From: an uncultured delta proteobacterium
Lineage (GTDB): Bacteria > Myxococcota_A > Polyangia > Polyangiales > Houyiibacteriaceae
Reading direction: 5' to 3'
Assembly (NCBI GenBank): GCA_963753395.1
Contig: CAVWBW010000008.1
Coordinates: 64,064-128,063, forward strand
DNA: 64,000 nucleotides
Shown here: positions 21,589 through 32,087 of the stretch, piece after piece
Layout of the letters: each line of letters opens with the position of its first letter
Numbering within the stretch: position 1 is the stretch's first letter
Notes under the pieces: generated by a model
What the model was told of the DNA's origin: nothing
Seen by the model: the letters and a program-made list of their open reading frames with translations, nothing else
The model's database searches: none
Translations under genes and position numbers: made by a program

Positions 21589-22326
21589 GTGTCGTCGAAA
21601 GGCCCGAGGTTGGGCTCGTACGAGCTGTTGGCTCCGCTTCGCGACTGCCAGGTCGGCAGCGCATTCGTCGCCGTGAGACCCGGGGTGAGTGGTTTCGAGA
21701 AGCGGGTCGCACTGTACTGCACTCAGCGGGAGCGTCTCGAGCGTGTCGCAGCGGAAGCGAACCTCGCCGCTCGACTCTCCCACGCAGGCGTCGCGCACGT
21801 GCTGGATGTCGGGGTGTGCGGAGAGACCTGCTACGTCGCGACCGAACACCTGTCCGGCACCACGCTGCGTACCATGCTCCTCAGGCGCGGAAGGCTCCCC
21901 TGGCGCAAGATCGCTCCCATGATCTCGGATGCGGCTCTCGGACTTGCGTACGCGCATGGACGCCGAGGCGAAGACGGACGCTTGCTCGGGATCATCCATG
22001 GCCGGGTCTCCCCTGGTCGAATCACCCTCGAGCCTTCGGGGACCGGCCGCGTCTCGGGACTCGGCGTCTCCTGGGCATGGCCGAACGACCTCGGTTTTGG
22101 TGCGCCCGAAGAGAAACGGCGCGAACCCGTCGACGGACGAGCGGACGTCTTCGCCCTGGGCACCATTCTCGGGCGTTGCGTGACGGAGCGCGAGCTCCAG
22201 GGTCCGGTCCTGCGCGTCATCGAGCATGCGACGCAGACACGACCAGAGCACCGATGCACGGCCGCCCAAATGCATGAAGCACTGACGGCCCTGCTTCGCG
22301 ACGCCGAGCCCGTCGCGGCGGAGTAG
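21589..22326 (+). CDS. Ser/Thr kinase-like protein, predicted pseudokinase
   Basis: Hanks-kinase fold (LGSYELL, GFEKRVAL, EANLAARLSH, GLAYAH, APEE...DGRADVFALG) with catalytic residues missing; start codon uncertain. Confidence 0.75.
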   Translation: MSSKGPRLGSYELLAPLRDCQVGSAFVAVRPGVSGFEKRVALYCTQRERLERVAAEANLAARLSHAGVAHVLDVGVCGETCYVATEHLSGTTLRTMLLRRGRLPWRKIAPMISDAALGLAYAHGRRGEDGRLLGIIHGRVSPGRITLEPSGTGRVSGLGVSWAWPNDLGFGAPEEKRREPVDGRADVFALGTILGRCVTERELQGPVLRVIEHATQTRPEHRCTAAQMHEALTALLRDAEPVAAE

Positions 22327-22328
22327 GG

Positions 22329-22736
22329 TTACTCGTTCTCGGAAGCCGGCTCTTCGGCCTCGGGCACCGGCTCTTCGGCCTCGGCTTCCGCAGCAGCTCC
22401 GGCTTCCGCTTCGGCGGCCGCAGCCTCCTCTTGCTCCGCCGCCGCTTCAGCGGCGGCCTCTTGTGCGGCTGTCTGCTCTCGCACGGCGCGATCCAGCGCT
22501 TGTTCGCCGGAGGTCGACAGGAACGCGAGCCAAACCGAAAGGGCCATGAATGTGAACGCGAACCCCGCGGTCAATCGTGTCAGCAGGTTGCCCGCTCCCG
22601 CGCCGCCAAAGATCTGCTGACTGGCGCCGCCACCGAAGGCCGAACCAAGGCCACCGCCTTTCCCCGACTGCAAGAGCACGACGAGAATGAGGAACAGACA
22701 CACGAATACATAGACAATCGAAAGGAACGTGTACAT
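22329..22736 (-). CDS. secG: Preprotein translocase subunit SecG
   Basis: LILVVLLQSGKGGGLGSAFGG...GAGNLLTRLT; follows tpiA. Confidence 0.95.
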   Translation of the reverse strand: MYTFLSIVYVFVCLFLILVVLLQSGKGGGLGSAFGGGASQQIFGGAGAGNLLTRLTAGFAFTFMALSVWLAFLSTSGEQALDRAVREQTAAQEAAAEAAAEQEEAAAAEAEAGAAAEAEAEEPVPEAEEPASENE

Positions 22737-22739
22737 GGA

Positions 22740-23516
22740 CTAGCTTTCCGCGCGGCGAACGCCGGCGTCGACAATCGGGATGAAGTTGTCTACGGACAAC
22801 GACGCACCACCGACGAGCGCGCCGTCGATGTCGGGTTGAGCCAGGAGCTCGTCGGCGTTGGCAGGCTTCACGCTCCCACCATACAGAATGCGCACCGAAT
22901 TGGCCCAGGATTCGCCCAGAAGCTCGGCCAACTTCGCACGGATTGCGCCGTGAACCTCCTGCGCGTCCTCTGCCTTCGCGGTGCGCCCTGTGCCAATCGC
23001 CCAGATCGGCTCATACGCGATCACCAGCGGGGCGAGCGCCACGGCATCGAACCCTTCGGTTGCCGCCTCCACCTGGCCGAGCACCACATCCAAGGTCTGG
23101 CCGGCTTCACGCTGCTCGAGGGTCTCGCCGACACAAACGATCGGAACGAGTTTGTGGCTGAGAAGAGCTGCAACCTTCTTGCGGACGCCCACATCGGTCT
23201 CGCCGAAGAACTGGCGACGCTCGGAGTGACCGATGATGCAGTAGCCGCAGCCTGCGTCGAGCAGAAGCGCCGGGCTGAGCTCACCGGTGAAGGCACCCGA
23301 ATCTTCGAAGTGCGTGTTCTGCGCGGCGAGGCCGACGGACGAGCCCTTCAAAGCCTCTGCGACAGCGGTGAGCGAGGTGGCAACTGGACCGACAACCACG
23401 TCACACCGAGCCCCCTTGCCGACGTGCGCGGCAATGGCGCCGGCCAAGGCCTGGGATTCGGCGACTGTGTTGTGCAACTTCCAGTTGCCAGCGATGAGCG
23501 GTGTGCGCTTGGTCAT
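22740..23516 (-). CDS. tpiA: Triosephosphate isomerase
   Basis: [40 protein letters not shown]. Confidence 0.98.
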   Translation of the reverse strand: MTKRTPLIAGNWKLHNTVAESQALAGAIAAHVGKGARCDVVVGPVATSLTAVAEALKGSSVGLAAQNTHFEDSGAFTGELSPALLLDAGCGYCIIGHSERRQFFGETDVGVRKKVAALLSHKLVPIVCVGETLEQREAGQTLDVVLGQVEAATEGFDAVALAPLVIAYEPIWAIGTGRTAKAEDAQEVHGAIRAKLAELLGESWANSVRILYGGSVKPANADELLAQPDIDGALVGGASLSVDNFIPIVDAGVRRAES

Positions 23517-24700
23517 GGCTGTAGGGCCTCCACGCCCGGCAGCGGGCGGCCCTCTAGATACTCCAACGACGCGCCGCCGCCAGTCGACACGTGATCGAAG
23601 CGGGCGTCGAGACCCGACTGCTTCACGGCCGCAACGCTATCCCCGCCGCCGACGACGCTGAACCCTGGGCAGTCGGCGGCCGCGCGAGCGACAGCCAGTG
23701 TGCCCCGCGCGAACGCGGGATTCTCGAAGAGGCCCATCGGCCCGTTCCAGAAGACGGCTTGCGCACGACGAAGGCGATCCCGGTAGAGGATCTCGGTGCG
23801 CGGGCCGATGTCGAGCGCCATGGCGTCGGGCGGGATCGCGTCGACGCCTACGTCCTTTGCGGAGGTGGATTCGAGCGAGTCGCCGATGCGCACGTCGACC
23901 GGAAGAAGCAGATCGACCTTCGCTTCCTGGGCCGCGCCGATGAGGCTCCGAGCGAGCGCGAGCTTCTCGTTTTCGCAGAGGCTCTTGCCAACGCCGTGGC
24001 CCTGCGCGGCCAAGAACGTGTTCGCCATAGCGCCCCCGATCAGCAACGCGTCGACCTTGCTCATCAAAGCCTCCATGACCCCGATCTTGTCGCTCACCTT
24101 GGCCCCGCCGAGGACGGCGAGGTACGGGCGAGGCGGGTCGGCCCGCAGCTTCTCCAGCACCTCCAGCTCGCGCTGAAGCAGAAACCCAGCCGCGCGATCT
24201 TCGATCAAACGGGGAAGGGCGCTGACGGATGCGTGCGCGCGGTGCGCGGCGCCGAATGCGTCGTTCACGTAGGCCGTGCAGCCCGCGCCGAGCTCGCGCG
24301 CAAAGTCGACGTCGTTGGTCTTCTCTTCCGGATGAAAGCGAAGGTTCTCGAGCAGCGCGACCTGCCCGTTACGAAGGTCTTGAACTACCTTTCGCGCGCC
24401 ATCGCCGATGCAGTCGTCGGTGAGTCGCACCTCGCCAAGCTCGAGGAGCTCGGCCAACCGAGCCGCCACCGGCTCTAGCGAGAGCTGTGGCACGACCTTG
24501 CCCTTCGGGCGGCCGAGATGCGACGCAAGGACCACCCGCGCACCTTGATCGAGGGCGTATTTGATCGTCGGGAGCGCCGCGCGAATGCGCGTGTCGTCGG
24601 TGACTTCGCCGTTCGACAGAGGAACGTTGAAGTCGACGCGAATGAACGTCGTGACGCCTTCGAGGTTCAGGTCCTCGATCGAGCGAATTGCATCGGACAC
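23513..24700 (-). CDS. pgk: Phosphoglycerate kinase
   Basis: [54 protein letters not shown] start at 24700. Confidence 0.97.
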   Translation of the reverse strand: MSDAIRSIEDLNLEGVTTFIRVDFNVPLSNGEVTDDTRIRAALPTIKYALDQGARVVLASHLGRPKGKVVPQLSLEPVAARLAELLELGEVRLTDDCIGDGARKVVQDLRNGQVALLENLRFHPEEKTNDVDFARELGAGCTAYVNDAFGAAHRAHASVSALPRLIEDRAAGFLLQRELEVLEKLRADPPRPYLAVLGGAKVSDKIGVMEALMSKVDALLIGGAMANTFLAAQGHGVGKSLCENEKLALARSLIGAAQEAKVDLLLPVDVRIGDSLESTSAKDVGVDAIPPDAMALDIGPRTEILYRDRLRRAQAVFWNGPMGLFENPAFARGTLAVARAAADCPGFSVVGGGDSVAAVKQSGLDARFDHVSTGGGASLEYLEGRPLPGVEALQP

Positions 24701-24704
24701 AGGC

Positions 24705-25712
24705 TCAGCTCGCGCTCGAGACGATCCGCACCAAGTCGAGCATCCGGTTCGAGAAGCCCCACTCGTTGTCGTACCAGCTCTGAACCTCGACGAGGTCGCC
24801 GCCGACCACCTGGGTCTGCGCCGCATCACAGATCGACGAATGCGGGTTGCCCATGAAGTCGGTCGAGACTAGCGGTGTCTCTTCAAACTTGAGGATGCCC
24901 TTGAGCGGGCCTTCCGCCGCAGCCTTGAGCGCAGCGTTGACCGCCTCTCGGTCGGTGTTCTTCGCGACCTGTGCAGTGAGGCAGGTGAGCGAAACGTTCG
25001 GCGTTGGCACGCGAATCGCAGTGCCATCGAGCTTGCCCTTGAGCTCCGGGAGCACGAGCCCAATCGCGGTCGCAGCGCCGGTCGAGGTCGGAATCATGGA
25101 CAGCGCGGCGGCACGCGCGCGGCGCATGTCGGAGTGGGGCTGGTCGAGGAGCCCCTGGTCGTTGGTGTACGCGTGGACCGTGACCATGTGTCCCTTGACG
25201 ATGCCGAACGTGTCGTTGAGCACTTTGACGAGCGGCGCGAGACAGTTGGTGGTGCAGGACGCGCAGCTGATCACGCGGTCCGTCTTGGGATCGAATTTGT
25301 CGGTGTTGATGCCGACGACGAAGGTACCGTCGATCTCGCCCTTGCCTGGCGCGCTGATGATCACGCGCTCTGCGCCCGCCGCCAAGTGGGCCGCGGCCTT
25401 CTCCTTGGTGCGAAAGAGGCCCGTGCACTCGAGCACCACCTCGGCCCCGAGCTCCTTCCACTTCAGCTTGGACGGGTCGCGCTCGGCAGAGACCGGAATG
25501 CGCTTCTCCCCAATCCAGATGGCGTCGGCCTCCGCTTTCACGGGGTGATCAAAATGACCATGCACCGAATCCCACTCGAGAAGATGCGCGAGCATCTCCG
25601 CGCTCGTGAGGTCGTTGATCCCAACGATCTCGACATCTCCGCGCTCAGCCGCGATCCGGGCTACACAGCGCCCGATGCGCCCAAAGCCATTAATTCCGAT
25701 TTTCGTCGCCAT
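24705..25712 (-). CDS. gap: Type I glyceraldehyde-3-phosphate dehydrogenase
   Basis: [39 protein letters not shown]. Confidence 0.98.
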   Translation of the reverse strand: MATKIGINGFGRIGRCVARIAAERGDVEIVGINDLTSAEMLAHLLEWDSVHGHFDHPVKAEADAIWIGEKRIPVSAERDPSKLKWKELGAEVVLECTGLFRTKEKAAAHLAAGAERVIISAPGKGEIDGTFVVGINTDKFDPKTDRVISCASCTTNCLAPLVKVLNDTFGIVKGHMVTVHAYTNDQGLLDQPHSDMRRARAAALSMIPTSTGAATAIGLVLPELKGKLDGTAIRVPTPNVSLTCLTAQVAKNTDREAVNAALKAAAEGPLKGILKFEETPLVSTDFMGNPHSSICDAAQTQVVGGDLVEVQSWYDNEWGFSNRMLDLVRIVSSAS

Positions 25713-25856
25713 TCCTTCGACTCCCTCCGTGCCGCGGCGCGGTCAGAATACGCCGCTGGCGAGCGCGGAACGTAGGCGCGCGCTGCGTCGGGGTCAAGGA
25801 GGTAGAGGCGCGACTCGTTTGCGCGTTTCGAGCTGCAGAGCCGCGATACGCGGTTG

Positions 25857-26048
25857 TTACTCAGCCGCTTCTTGCGCGTCACGAAGCTCGGTGGTCACCA
25901 GCTCGAGCACCGCGTTGGTGAACGCGACGATGTCCGAGCGGCTGTGACCACTGTTGCGGAGCTCTCGGTAGACCGACTTCGCAAGAATCCGAACGCCGCG
26001 GCCATCAGCCATCGGAACGCTCTCGGTTTGCTTTCTAGGTGCCCCCAT
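25857..26048 (-). CDS. Small helical hypothetical protein (63 aa)
   Basis: Typical high-GC codon usage, amphipathic helices (ILAKSVYRELR), sigma54 motif directly upstream. Confidence 0.65.
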   Translation of the reverse strand: MGAPRKQTESVPMADGRGVRILAKSVYRELRNSGHSRSDIVAFTNAVLELVTTELRDAQEAAE

Positions 26049-26063
26049 CCTGCCCGAGCATGA

Positions 26064-26079
26064 TGCAGGTTACGTGCCA
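26064..26079 (-). promoter_or_regulatory. sigma54 (-24/-12) promoter
   Basis: Minus strand TGGCAC-GTAAC-CTGCA with correct GG-N10-GC spacing, 15 bp before ATG 26048. Confidence 0.7.
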
Positions 26080-26289
26080 GCCGAAGAAAATGGCCAAAGC
26101 GAGTCGTTTCAGCGCCACTTTACACGGGAATTTACAAGGAACGGCAGTCTTTGCCACAGGTGAATCCAAAAACGGCACACCCCCCAAAAAGTGCGAAGCG
26201 GGCTGCGCATTCGGGGGGCAAGCGCGAAGCATCGTACGCACGCAACCTCACGAGAATAGAGGGATTTCGGCCGTTCGGCCGACTTCTGT

Positions 26290-26888
26290 TCATCCGCCCT
26301 GAAGCGCCGCCCGAAGCTCCTTCAGCGCGCGGGTGTGAATCCGGCTCGCCCAGGACTTCGAGACACCGAGCTCGGCTGCGAGCTCGTCGAGCGGGCGGCC
26401 CTCGAAGTAGCGCCCACGCACGACCGCTCGCTCGCGCGGCGAGAGGCGGGCGAGGGCGTGGAGCAGCCGCTCGATGCTCTCGTTCTTGAGCAGCGCCGAT
26501 TCGGGGCTCTCTTCGGCGTAGTTGCCCTGAACTGGACTCGGGCTCGTCAGCCTCGCGCTGATGCGAGTGAAGGCCTTGTCGAGCGGGGACGGGGCGGCGG
26601 TCGGCGGGCGCAGCTCCTCGGCTTTCAGGCGCTGGTGAGCGCGCCGAGGCAGGTCGGCCATCTTGCGGACCCCGTCGAGCATAGCGCCCCGCACTCGATA
26701 GTAGGCGAAGGTCTGAAAGCGGACCCCTCGGCTCGGGTCATACCGGCGCTCGGCCTCGAGCAGGCCCCCAAATCCGAACGCCACGAGGTCTTCCAGATCG
26801 CCTGAGAGGCTCGAAATTCACGGCGAAGACGGCTCGCAAGACCGAGAACCATCCTCCGATGCTGCGCGATCAACTCCTCACCTGGCAT
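26290..26888 (-). pseudogene. FliA/WhiG-like sigma-70 family factor, frameshifted (or sequencing error)
   Basis: N-terminus MPGEELIAQHRRMVLGLASRLRREF in one frame; SLSGDLEDLVAFGFGGLLEA...RFQTFAYYRVRGAMLD...region 4 HTH (LGVSKSWASRIH) in another; shift near 26811-26816. Confidence 0.75.
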
Positions 26889-26993
26889 ACCGAGCCTCCT
26901 GAACAGATGCCTTTAGCCAAGTGGGTTAATGAAGTCAAGTGGACTACATCATACTACATAGAAGTTGGCCGATGCTTGCGGTATAGCCGCGGT

Positions 26994-27407
26994 GTGCAGC
27001 AGCAGCGGCCAGGCCTCGTGAAGGCAGCTCCGGTCCCCGCCGAGCTGATGGAGGACGAGAGGAACGGCGCCATCGTCCGCTCGGTTCTCGACGCGCTGGA
27101 CGCACTGATCTCGACAGAGATGGGCCCGGTGCCGGGCGTGTTCGAGTGGGGAACGCCGGAACGAGGAGGCGCACGGCTGATGCGCTCGTGCGACGCGCAG
27201 GAGGCAGAGTCACTCCGGATCACCTGGAATAGCAATCGGATCAAGCGTATCGAGATTGAATCTAGAACCGATACTAGGTTTCCCGAGCCCGCGTGGCCCG
27301 TAGAACCGTCTGCATTCCTCGAGCGCCTGATCCCGATGGTCTGGGCGTACATCCAGCGAGGCGGCGAGCTCCCTTCGGGTATCGACCGCTTCGCGCGCCT
27401 CTTCTAG
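26994..27407 (+). CDS. Hypothetical protein
   Basis: Open frame filling the gap between the sigma gene and the protease; start uncertain (GTG 26994 or ATG 27048). Confidence 0.5.
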   Translation: MQQQRPGLVKAAPVPAELMEDERNGAIVRSVLDALDALISTEMGPVPGVFEWGTPERGGARLMRSCDAQEAESLRITWNSNRIKRIEIESRTDTRFPEPAWPVEPSAFLERLIPMVWAYIQRGGELPSGIDRFARLF

Positions 27408-30400
27408 TGGTAGCCGTTGCCGTTCCCGAGCAGGGCGCCCTGGAACTTCTGAGTCTCCAGCAAGGAACCGTCTTCGGCGTCCCGGCGGACGACCAGGTAG
27501 TGGCGGGTGACCGTGCCGCTGTCTTCGCGCGCGACGACCATGATGGTGTTTAGGCCGGGTCCGACTGGGATCTCGGCGTCAAACGCCAGCTGTCGAGGCG
27601 TCGCGCTCCCCTGGTTCGACTCGTAGAAGACCTTGTGGCCGCTCGTCGTGATGTAGAGGTCACGCACGCGCTGGCCGTCAGTCGCCTCGCCGGTGATTTG
27701 GATGGCATCGTCCCGGGTGACCAAGGTCTGTAGGCCCGCAAGCGCGATCTCAGGAGAGGCCTTCGGGGTCTCCCAAGTGATCGCTGGGCTCTTCGCGACC
27801 TGGCCCTCTGCCGGGCTGATCGCCTTGGAATCGACCCAACCAGGTCGGCCACCGCCGAGATTCAGCCTCTCGAACTCGCCACTGCGCCCCGTGAGGAGCA
27901 AGCGCGCAGGCGCGTCGAAGCGGCCGATGACGGGCGCGCTGACGTCCGGCCTCGCGCGCACCTCGGTACCGCTCGCGACGACGACGACCTGCTTGCTCGG
28001 AAGGTTTTCGACAGACCCACCCTCCGCCTGAATCGGAATCGTGAGCTTCTGCCCCGCCGCGGTGCCGAGCTTGTTGTCGAGCACGCCGAGCATGAGCTTT
28101 GCTTCATCTTCATTGAACTCCGGGAGCACTTGCAGCGTGAACGGCACGACCCATTCCTCGCCCGGCCGGAGCCCCTCCTTGCGCTCGAAGCGTCCATCGT
28201 AGAGCAGGACGCCGTGGCCGCTCTTGTTCTGGATGTTGGCTTGGAGATCGAAACTGTCGGCCTGTCCGACGTTCTTGATAGTGAAGTAGACAGTCACCTG
28301 CTCGCCACGTTGCACCAGACCGTCGCCGTTGCCGTTCTGGTTGTCGGCAATCTGCAGACCGTATGCAAAGCGCGGGCGGGGCAGGGCACGGACGACGGTA
28401 CGGACCTCGACAGGGTCGGGCACGTGACCGTGGGCCTCTTCGAACTCGACGGTGATGCCGTCGGCCCGGTCGACGGTCGCCCGGGGCAGGCGGCACACGA
28501 GCTTCTCCTCCTCGGTCAAACAAAGGCCGAGCGTGGTGGTCCATTTCCGAGTTTCGCCCGGATCGAGCTTGCCGAAAACGAGCTCACGGCCATCGAACAA
28601 GCCGCTGTCGCTGCTGGTGGTCCCCCGAAGCTGGTAAAGCGTGTGCTTGCCTTCGTTGGTGACCTGCACCTCGATCGAGAGGGGAGACCCGGCCTGCACG
28701 GGCTCATCGCCGGCGCTTGTCTTCGCGACGACTCGCACCTTGCTTGGGCCTTCGTCGCGGCCGACGCTCCAGTTGACTCCCAGCTTCTCGAGGTCGCGAA
28801 CGACCTTCTCGTTCTCTTGCTTTTGCACTCGCTCGATGATCGGCTTCGACTCACGAAGCATCTGCGGCCGGTTCGCCGACTTTGCGTTGAGCACGAGGTT
28901 TTTGGAGAAGCGAATCAGGAAGTTCTCCTTGTCCTCGTTTTCCGCTTCCTCCGGCTCCGACTCGAGCAATCGCTGGCGAAGCTCCCGGTTGAGGTAGTAG
29001 CCCATCACCACGGCGGGGCGCTGACTGTCGGACGCGCTCTCGTGCGTGAGATGAGCGTCGAGGTCTGCCTCGCGTTGATAGAACTGGTTGACCTTGAGAT
29101 CCATGTCGTCTTTGTCGACCGTCATCGGGCTGATCGCGATGTCCGGCACGATGCCGACGCCCTGGATCGAGACGTCGCCGGGCGTGAGGTATTGCGCGAC
29201 GGTCAGCTTGAGCGCCGACTCGTCGGGGAGTGTGTAGAGAACCTGTACGGAGCCCTTTCCGAAGCTCTGCTCGCCGATGATGAGCGCCCGATCGTGGTTC
29301 TTGAGCGCACCGGCTACGATCTCGCTCGCCGACGCACTCTGCGCGTTCATCAGAACTACCATCGGGTAGTCCGGCTCGGTGCCGTCACTGGTCGCGTACT
29401 TCTCCTCGCGCTGGCGGGGGTCCTGCGACGAGGTGGTGACGATCGGGCCGCCATCGATGAAGGTGTCGGCCACTTGGACGGCCTGGTCGAGCAGGCCACC
29501 GGGATTGCTTCGAAGGTCGAGTACCAGGCCCCGCATCTTCTTTCGATGGAGCGCATCGAGCGCTTTGCGGAGATCGGCCTCGGTGTTGCCCTGGAAGTTG
29601 TTGATCTTCACATAGCCGACCGAGTCGCGGAGCATGCGATGTTCGACCGAGTCGATGTGGATGATCGCACGCGTGAGCTCGACTCGGCGAGGGCCACTCC
29701 ACGTGCCTGCGCTGTTCTTACGCCGGATGTAGATGGTGACCTTGGTGCCGCGCTTGCCGCGCAAACGGTCGACGGCCCCGCTGAGCGGCATGTTCAGCGT
29801 GGACTCGTCCTCGATCTTGACGATGCGATCACCGCGCTGAAGGCCGGCCTTCGAAGCCGGAGTGTCGTCCATGGGCCGAATCACCGTCAGGTGTCCGTCG
29901 CGAAGCGAGATGACGATGCCGAGACCGCCGAACTGGCCGCGCGTGCTCGTGCGCATCTCTTTGTAGACTTCTGGCGAGAGCAGAGTCGTGTGCGGGTCGA
30001 GAGTCTTGAGCATGCCGTTGATCGCGACGTACTCGACTTCACGAAGCTCGATGTCGTCCTCTTCCTGCAGCTCCGCTTGGAGGAAGGTGAAGACGTCACG
30101 AAACCGGCCCGCGAGATCCCAAGGGCTCGAGACGTCAGAAACCCTGAACTCGCTCTCCGAGCTGTTGACCTGAACTTTGAGCGTCTCGGCGCCATCCTGA
30201 TAATGGACGAGGACAGGCGCGATGCCTTGCTGGATCGCATCGAGCCCCGCCAGCATCATGCGCTGATGGTCGATCCGGCTCGGATCGACGTAGTCGCTGT
30301 TTACCTCGTGGATGACCCGGTTCATGACTTGGAGCTTCTTCAGGTCCCAAGGGGTCTTGTCCCGTGCCGCGAGTGCGCGCGGAGAGGTATCGATATCGAT

Positions 30401-30493
30401 TTGCAGGCCGTTTTCGACCGGCCAACCAAAGGAAATGGTGAACGCCGCTAGGACGACGACCAAACCAAGTAAGGGCTTCCAGAGTCTTCGCAT
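27404..30493 (-). CDS. Long S41 carboxyl-terminal protease (MXAN_5808-like)
   Basis: Signal/TM segment, LDPHT, PDZ (GQFGGLGIVI), LDLRSNPGG, SASASEIVAG, FGKGSVQ, long Ig-like C-terminus; start ATG 30493. Confidence 0.9.
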   Translation of the reverse strand: MRRLWKPLLGLVVVLAAFTISFGWPVENGLQIDIDTSPRALAARDKTPWDLKKLQVMNRVIHEVNSDYVDPSRIDHQRMMLAGLDAIQQGIAPVLVHYQDGAETLKVQVNSSESEFRVSDVSSPWDLAGRFRDVFTFLQAELQEEDDIELREVEYVAINGMLKTLDPHTTLLSPEVYKEMRTSTRGQFGGLGIVISLRDGHLTVIRPMDDTPASKAGLQRGDRIVKIEDESTLNMPLSGAVDRLRGKRGTKVTIYIRRKNSAGTWSGPRRVELTRAIIHIDSVEHRMLRDSVGYVKINNFQGNTEADLRKALDALHRKKMRGLVLDLRSNPGGLLDQAVQVADTFIDGGPIVTTSSQDPRQREEKYATSDGTEPDYPMVVLMNAQSASASEIVAGALKNHDRALIIGEQSFGKGSVQVLYTLPDESALKLTVAQYLTPGDVSIQGVGIVPDIAISPMTVDKDDMDLKVNQFYQREADLDAHLTHESASDSQRPAVVMGYYLNRELRQRLLESEPEEAENEDKENFLIRFSKNLVLNAKSANRPQMLRESKPIIERVQKQENEKVVRDLEKLGVNWSVGRDEGPSKVRVVAKTSAGDEPVQAGSPLSIEVQVTNEGKHTLYQLRGTTSSDSGLFDGRELVFGKLDPGETRKWTTTLGLCLTEEEKLVCRLPRATVDRADGITVEFEEAHGHVPDPVEVRTVVRALPRPRFAYGLQIADNQNGNGDGLVQRGEQVTVYFTIKNVGQADSFDLQANIQNKSGHGVLLYDGRFERKEGLRPGEEWVVPFTLQVLPEFNEDEAKLMLGVLDNKLGTAAGQKLTIPIQAEGGSVENLPSKQVVVVASGTEVRARPDVSAPVIGRFDAPARLLLTGRSGEFERLNLGGGRPGWVDSKAISPAEGQVAKSPAITWETPKASPEIALAGLQTLVTRDDAIQITGEATDGQRVRDLYITTSGHKVFYESNQGSATPRQLAFDAEIPVGPGLNTIMVVAREDSGTVTRHYLVVRRDAEDGSLLETQKFQGALLGNGNGYH

Positions 30494-30607
30494 TCGATTA
30501 TCGGGGGGGCTGGAGGGCAGTCTGACGAGTGTAACCCCGTTGGGGCTGTGGGCCAATTGCGTCTGACGCCAATTGCGTCTGTTCTTTCCTAGGGTTATCG
30601 AATCGAA

Positions 30608-31972
30608 GTGCCACACCGCATTCTCCGCCAGCAGATCGCCCGGCCGGTGCTCGAAATTTGTAAGGAGCTCCGCAATGCGGGGGAGCGCGCCTGGGTCGTG
30701 GGCGGCTGCGTCCGGGACACGCTCCGTGGAGAGCAGGTAAACGACTGGGATGTGGCGACCACCGCACTGCCTCAGAAGGTGCAAAAGACCTTTCGCAGGG
30801 TAATTCCGACCGGCATCGACCATGGGACTGTGACGGTCCTCTGGAAGGGAGAAGCCTTCGAGGTGACCACCCTTCGCGGGGAAGGGGCCTACTCGGACGG
30901 TCGGCGCCCCGACCACGTGGTGTTCGTCGGCAACATCGACCAGGACCTCGCCCGCCGGGACTTCACGGTCAACGCGATCGCGTACGACCCGGTGGACAGC
31001 CAGGTCGTCGATCCCTTCGGTGGGCTCATCGACATGAAGCACCAAGTGCTCCGGGCCGTCGGAAACCCGAGCGAGCGTTTCCAGGAGGACGGCCTTCGAA
31101 TTCTTCGCGGCGCCCGCTTCGTGGCGACGCTCGACTTCGAGCTCGAGGAGGCCACGGAGGCATCCTTTCGGGGCGCGCTCGACACCTTCCGCAAGGTGAG
31201 CCCTGAACGCGTGCGTGAGGAGTGGCTCAAAGCGATGAAGGCGAGCGCACCCTCTCGCGCGTTCGAGGTCATGCGCCGGACCGGCATCCTCGAGGTGACG
31301 TACCCAGAGCTGCTCGAGCAGGTGGGCTGCGCGCAGAACCAATGGCACGCCTACGACGTCTGGAACCACACGATGCGTGTGCTCGACGAGTCGAATGGCG
31401 ACCCGATCGAGCGCGTGGCGGCGCTACTTCACGACGTCGCGAAGCCACGCACCCGCGCGAAATCCGACAAGACCAACGACTGGACCTTCTACCACCACGA
31501 AAAGGTCGGCGCCGATATGGCAGACCGGTGGCTCCGTGACTACCGCTTCTCGAACAGCGAGCGAGATCTCATCACCGGACTGATTCGGCATCACTTGATT
31601 TGCTACAGCAGCGAATGGACGAACGCCGCGGTGCGCCGGTTCATCAAACGCGTGGGCGCCGACAACGTGGAGCCGCTGCTGCGACTCGGCGAGGCCGACG
31701 CGCTCGGCAAGGGCCGCAACGTCGAAGAGGAGCTCGCTGCGCTCAAAGAGCTCCGCGGCCGAGTCGACCAGGCGATCGAGGAGGGCGGGGCGCTGACCAC
31801 GGGTGACCTCGTGATCGGCGGCAACGACGTAATCCCCTTGCTCGACGGGGGCGCAGGACCCGCGGTCGGCCAGATATTGAGAGCGCTACTCGAAAAGGTG
31901 ATCGACGACCCGAGCCTGAACGACCGCGACAAGCTGATGCCGCTCGCCGAAGAGCTCGCAAAAGACCTGTAG
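30608..31972 (+). CDS. cca: CCA tRNA nucleotidyltransferase family protein with HD domain
   Basis: VGGCVRD, DWDVAT, DLARRDFTVNA, EDGLRILR, SPERVREE, ALLHDVAKP. Confidence 0.88.
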   Translation: MPHRILRQQIARPVLEICKELRNAGERAWVVGGCVRDTLRGEQVNDWDVATTALPQKVQKTFRRVIPTGIDHGTVTVLWKGEAFEVTTLRGEGAYSDGRRPDHVVFVGNIDQDLARRDFTVNAIAYDPVDSQVVDPFGGLIDMKHQVLRAVGNPSERFQEDGLRILRGARFVATLDFELEEATEASFRGALDTFRKVSPERVREEWLKAMKASAPSRAFEVMRRTGILEVTYPELLEQVGCAQNQWHAYDVWNHTMRVLDESNGDPIERVAALLHDVAKPRTRAKSDKTNDWTFYHHEKVGADMADRWLRDYRFSNSERDLITGLIRHHLICYSSEWTNAAVRRFIKRVGADNVEPLLRLGEADALGKGRNVEEELAALKELRGRVDQAIEEGGALTTGDLVIGGNDVIPLLDGGAGPAVGQILRALLEKVIDDPSLNDRDKLMPLAEELAKDL

Positions 31973-32046
31973 CGCGAGCCGGAACGACGAAGCCCGGCGC
32001 GAATGCGCCGCCAAGCCCTACTTGCCAACGCTGGCGCGAATGCGCC
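31972..32046 (+). repeat. Dispersed REP-like element, partial copy 4
   Basis: GCGAGCCGGAACGACGAAGCCCGGCGCGAATGCGCCGCCAAGCCC plus a second GGCGCGAATGCGCC at 32033-32046. Confidence 0.8.
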
Positions 32047-32087
32047 TTTCTTGAGCGACTGCGACTCCGCGGATAGCTTCACCCCCA

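Noticed and set aside
19134..22277. 1047-aa plus-strand ORF (and similar long ORFs at 2009-3373, 28130-30451, 40790-42769, 58653-60014)
   Set aside because: Antisense or shadow frames of recognisable genes, typical of high-GC DNA; Arg/Ala-rich with no motifs.
26805..26822. Programmed ribosomal frameshift in the sigma factor gene
   Set aside because: No X XXY YYZ heptamer or obvious stimulator; mutation or sequencing error is simpler.
26966..26979. TGGC...TTGC sigma54-like motif
   Set aside because: GG-GC spacing is 9 rather than 10.
30494..31369. N-terminal extension of the S41 protease ORF
   Set aside because: Antisense to cca; the signal sequence starts at 30493.
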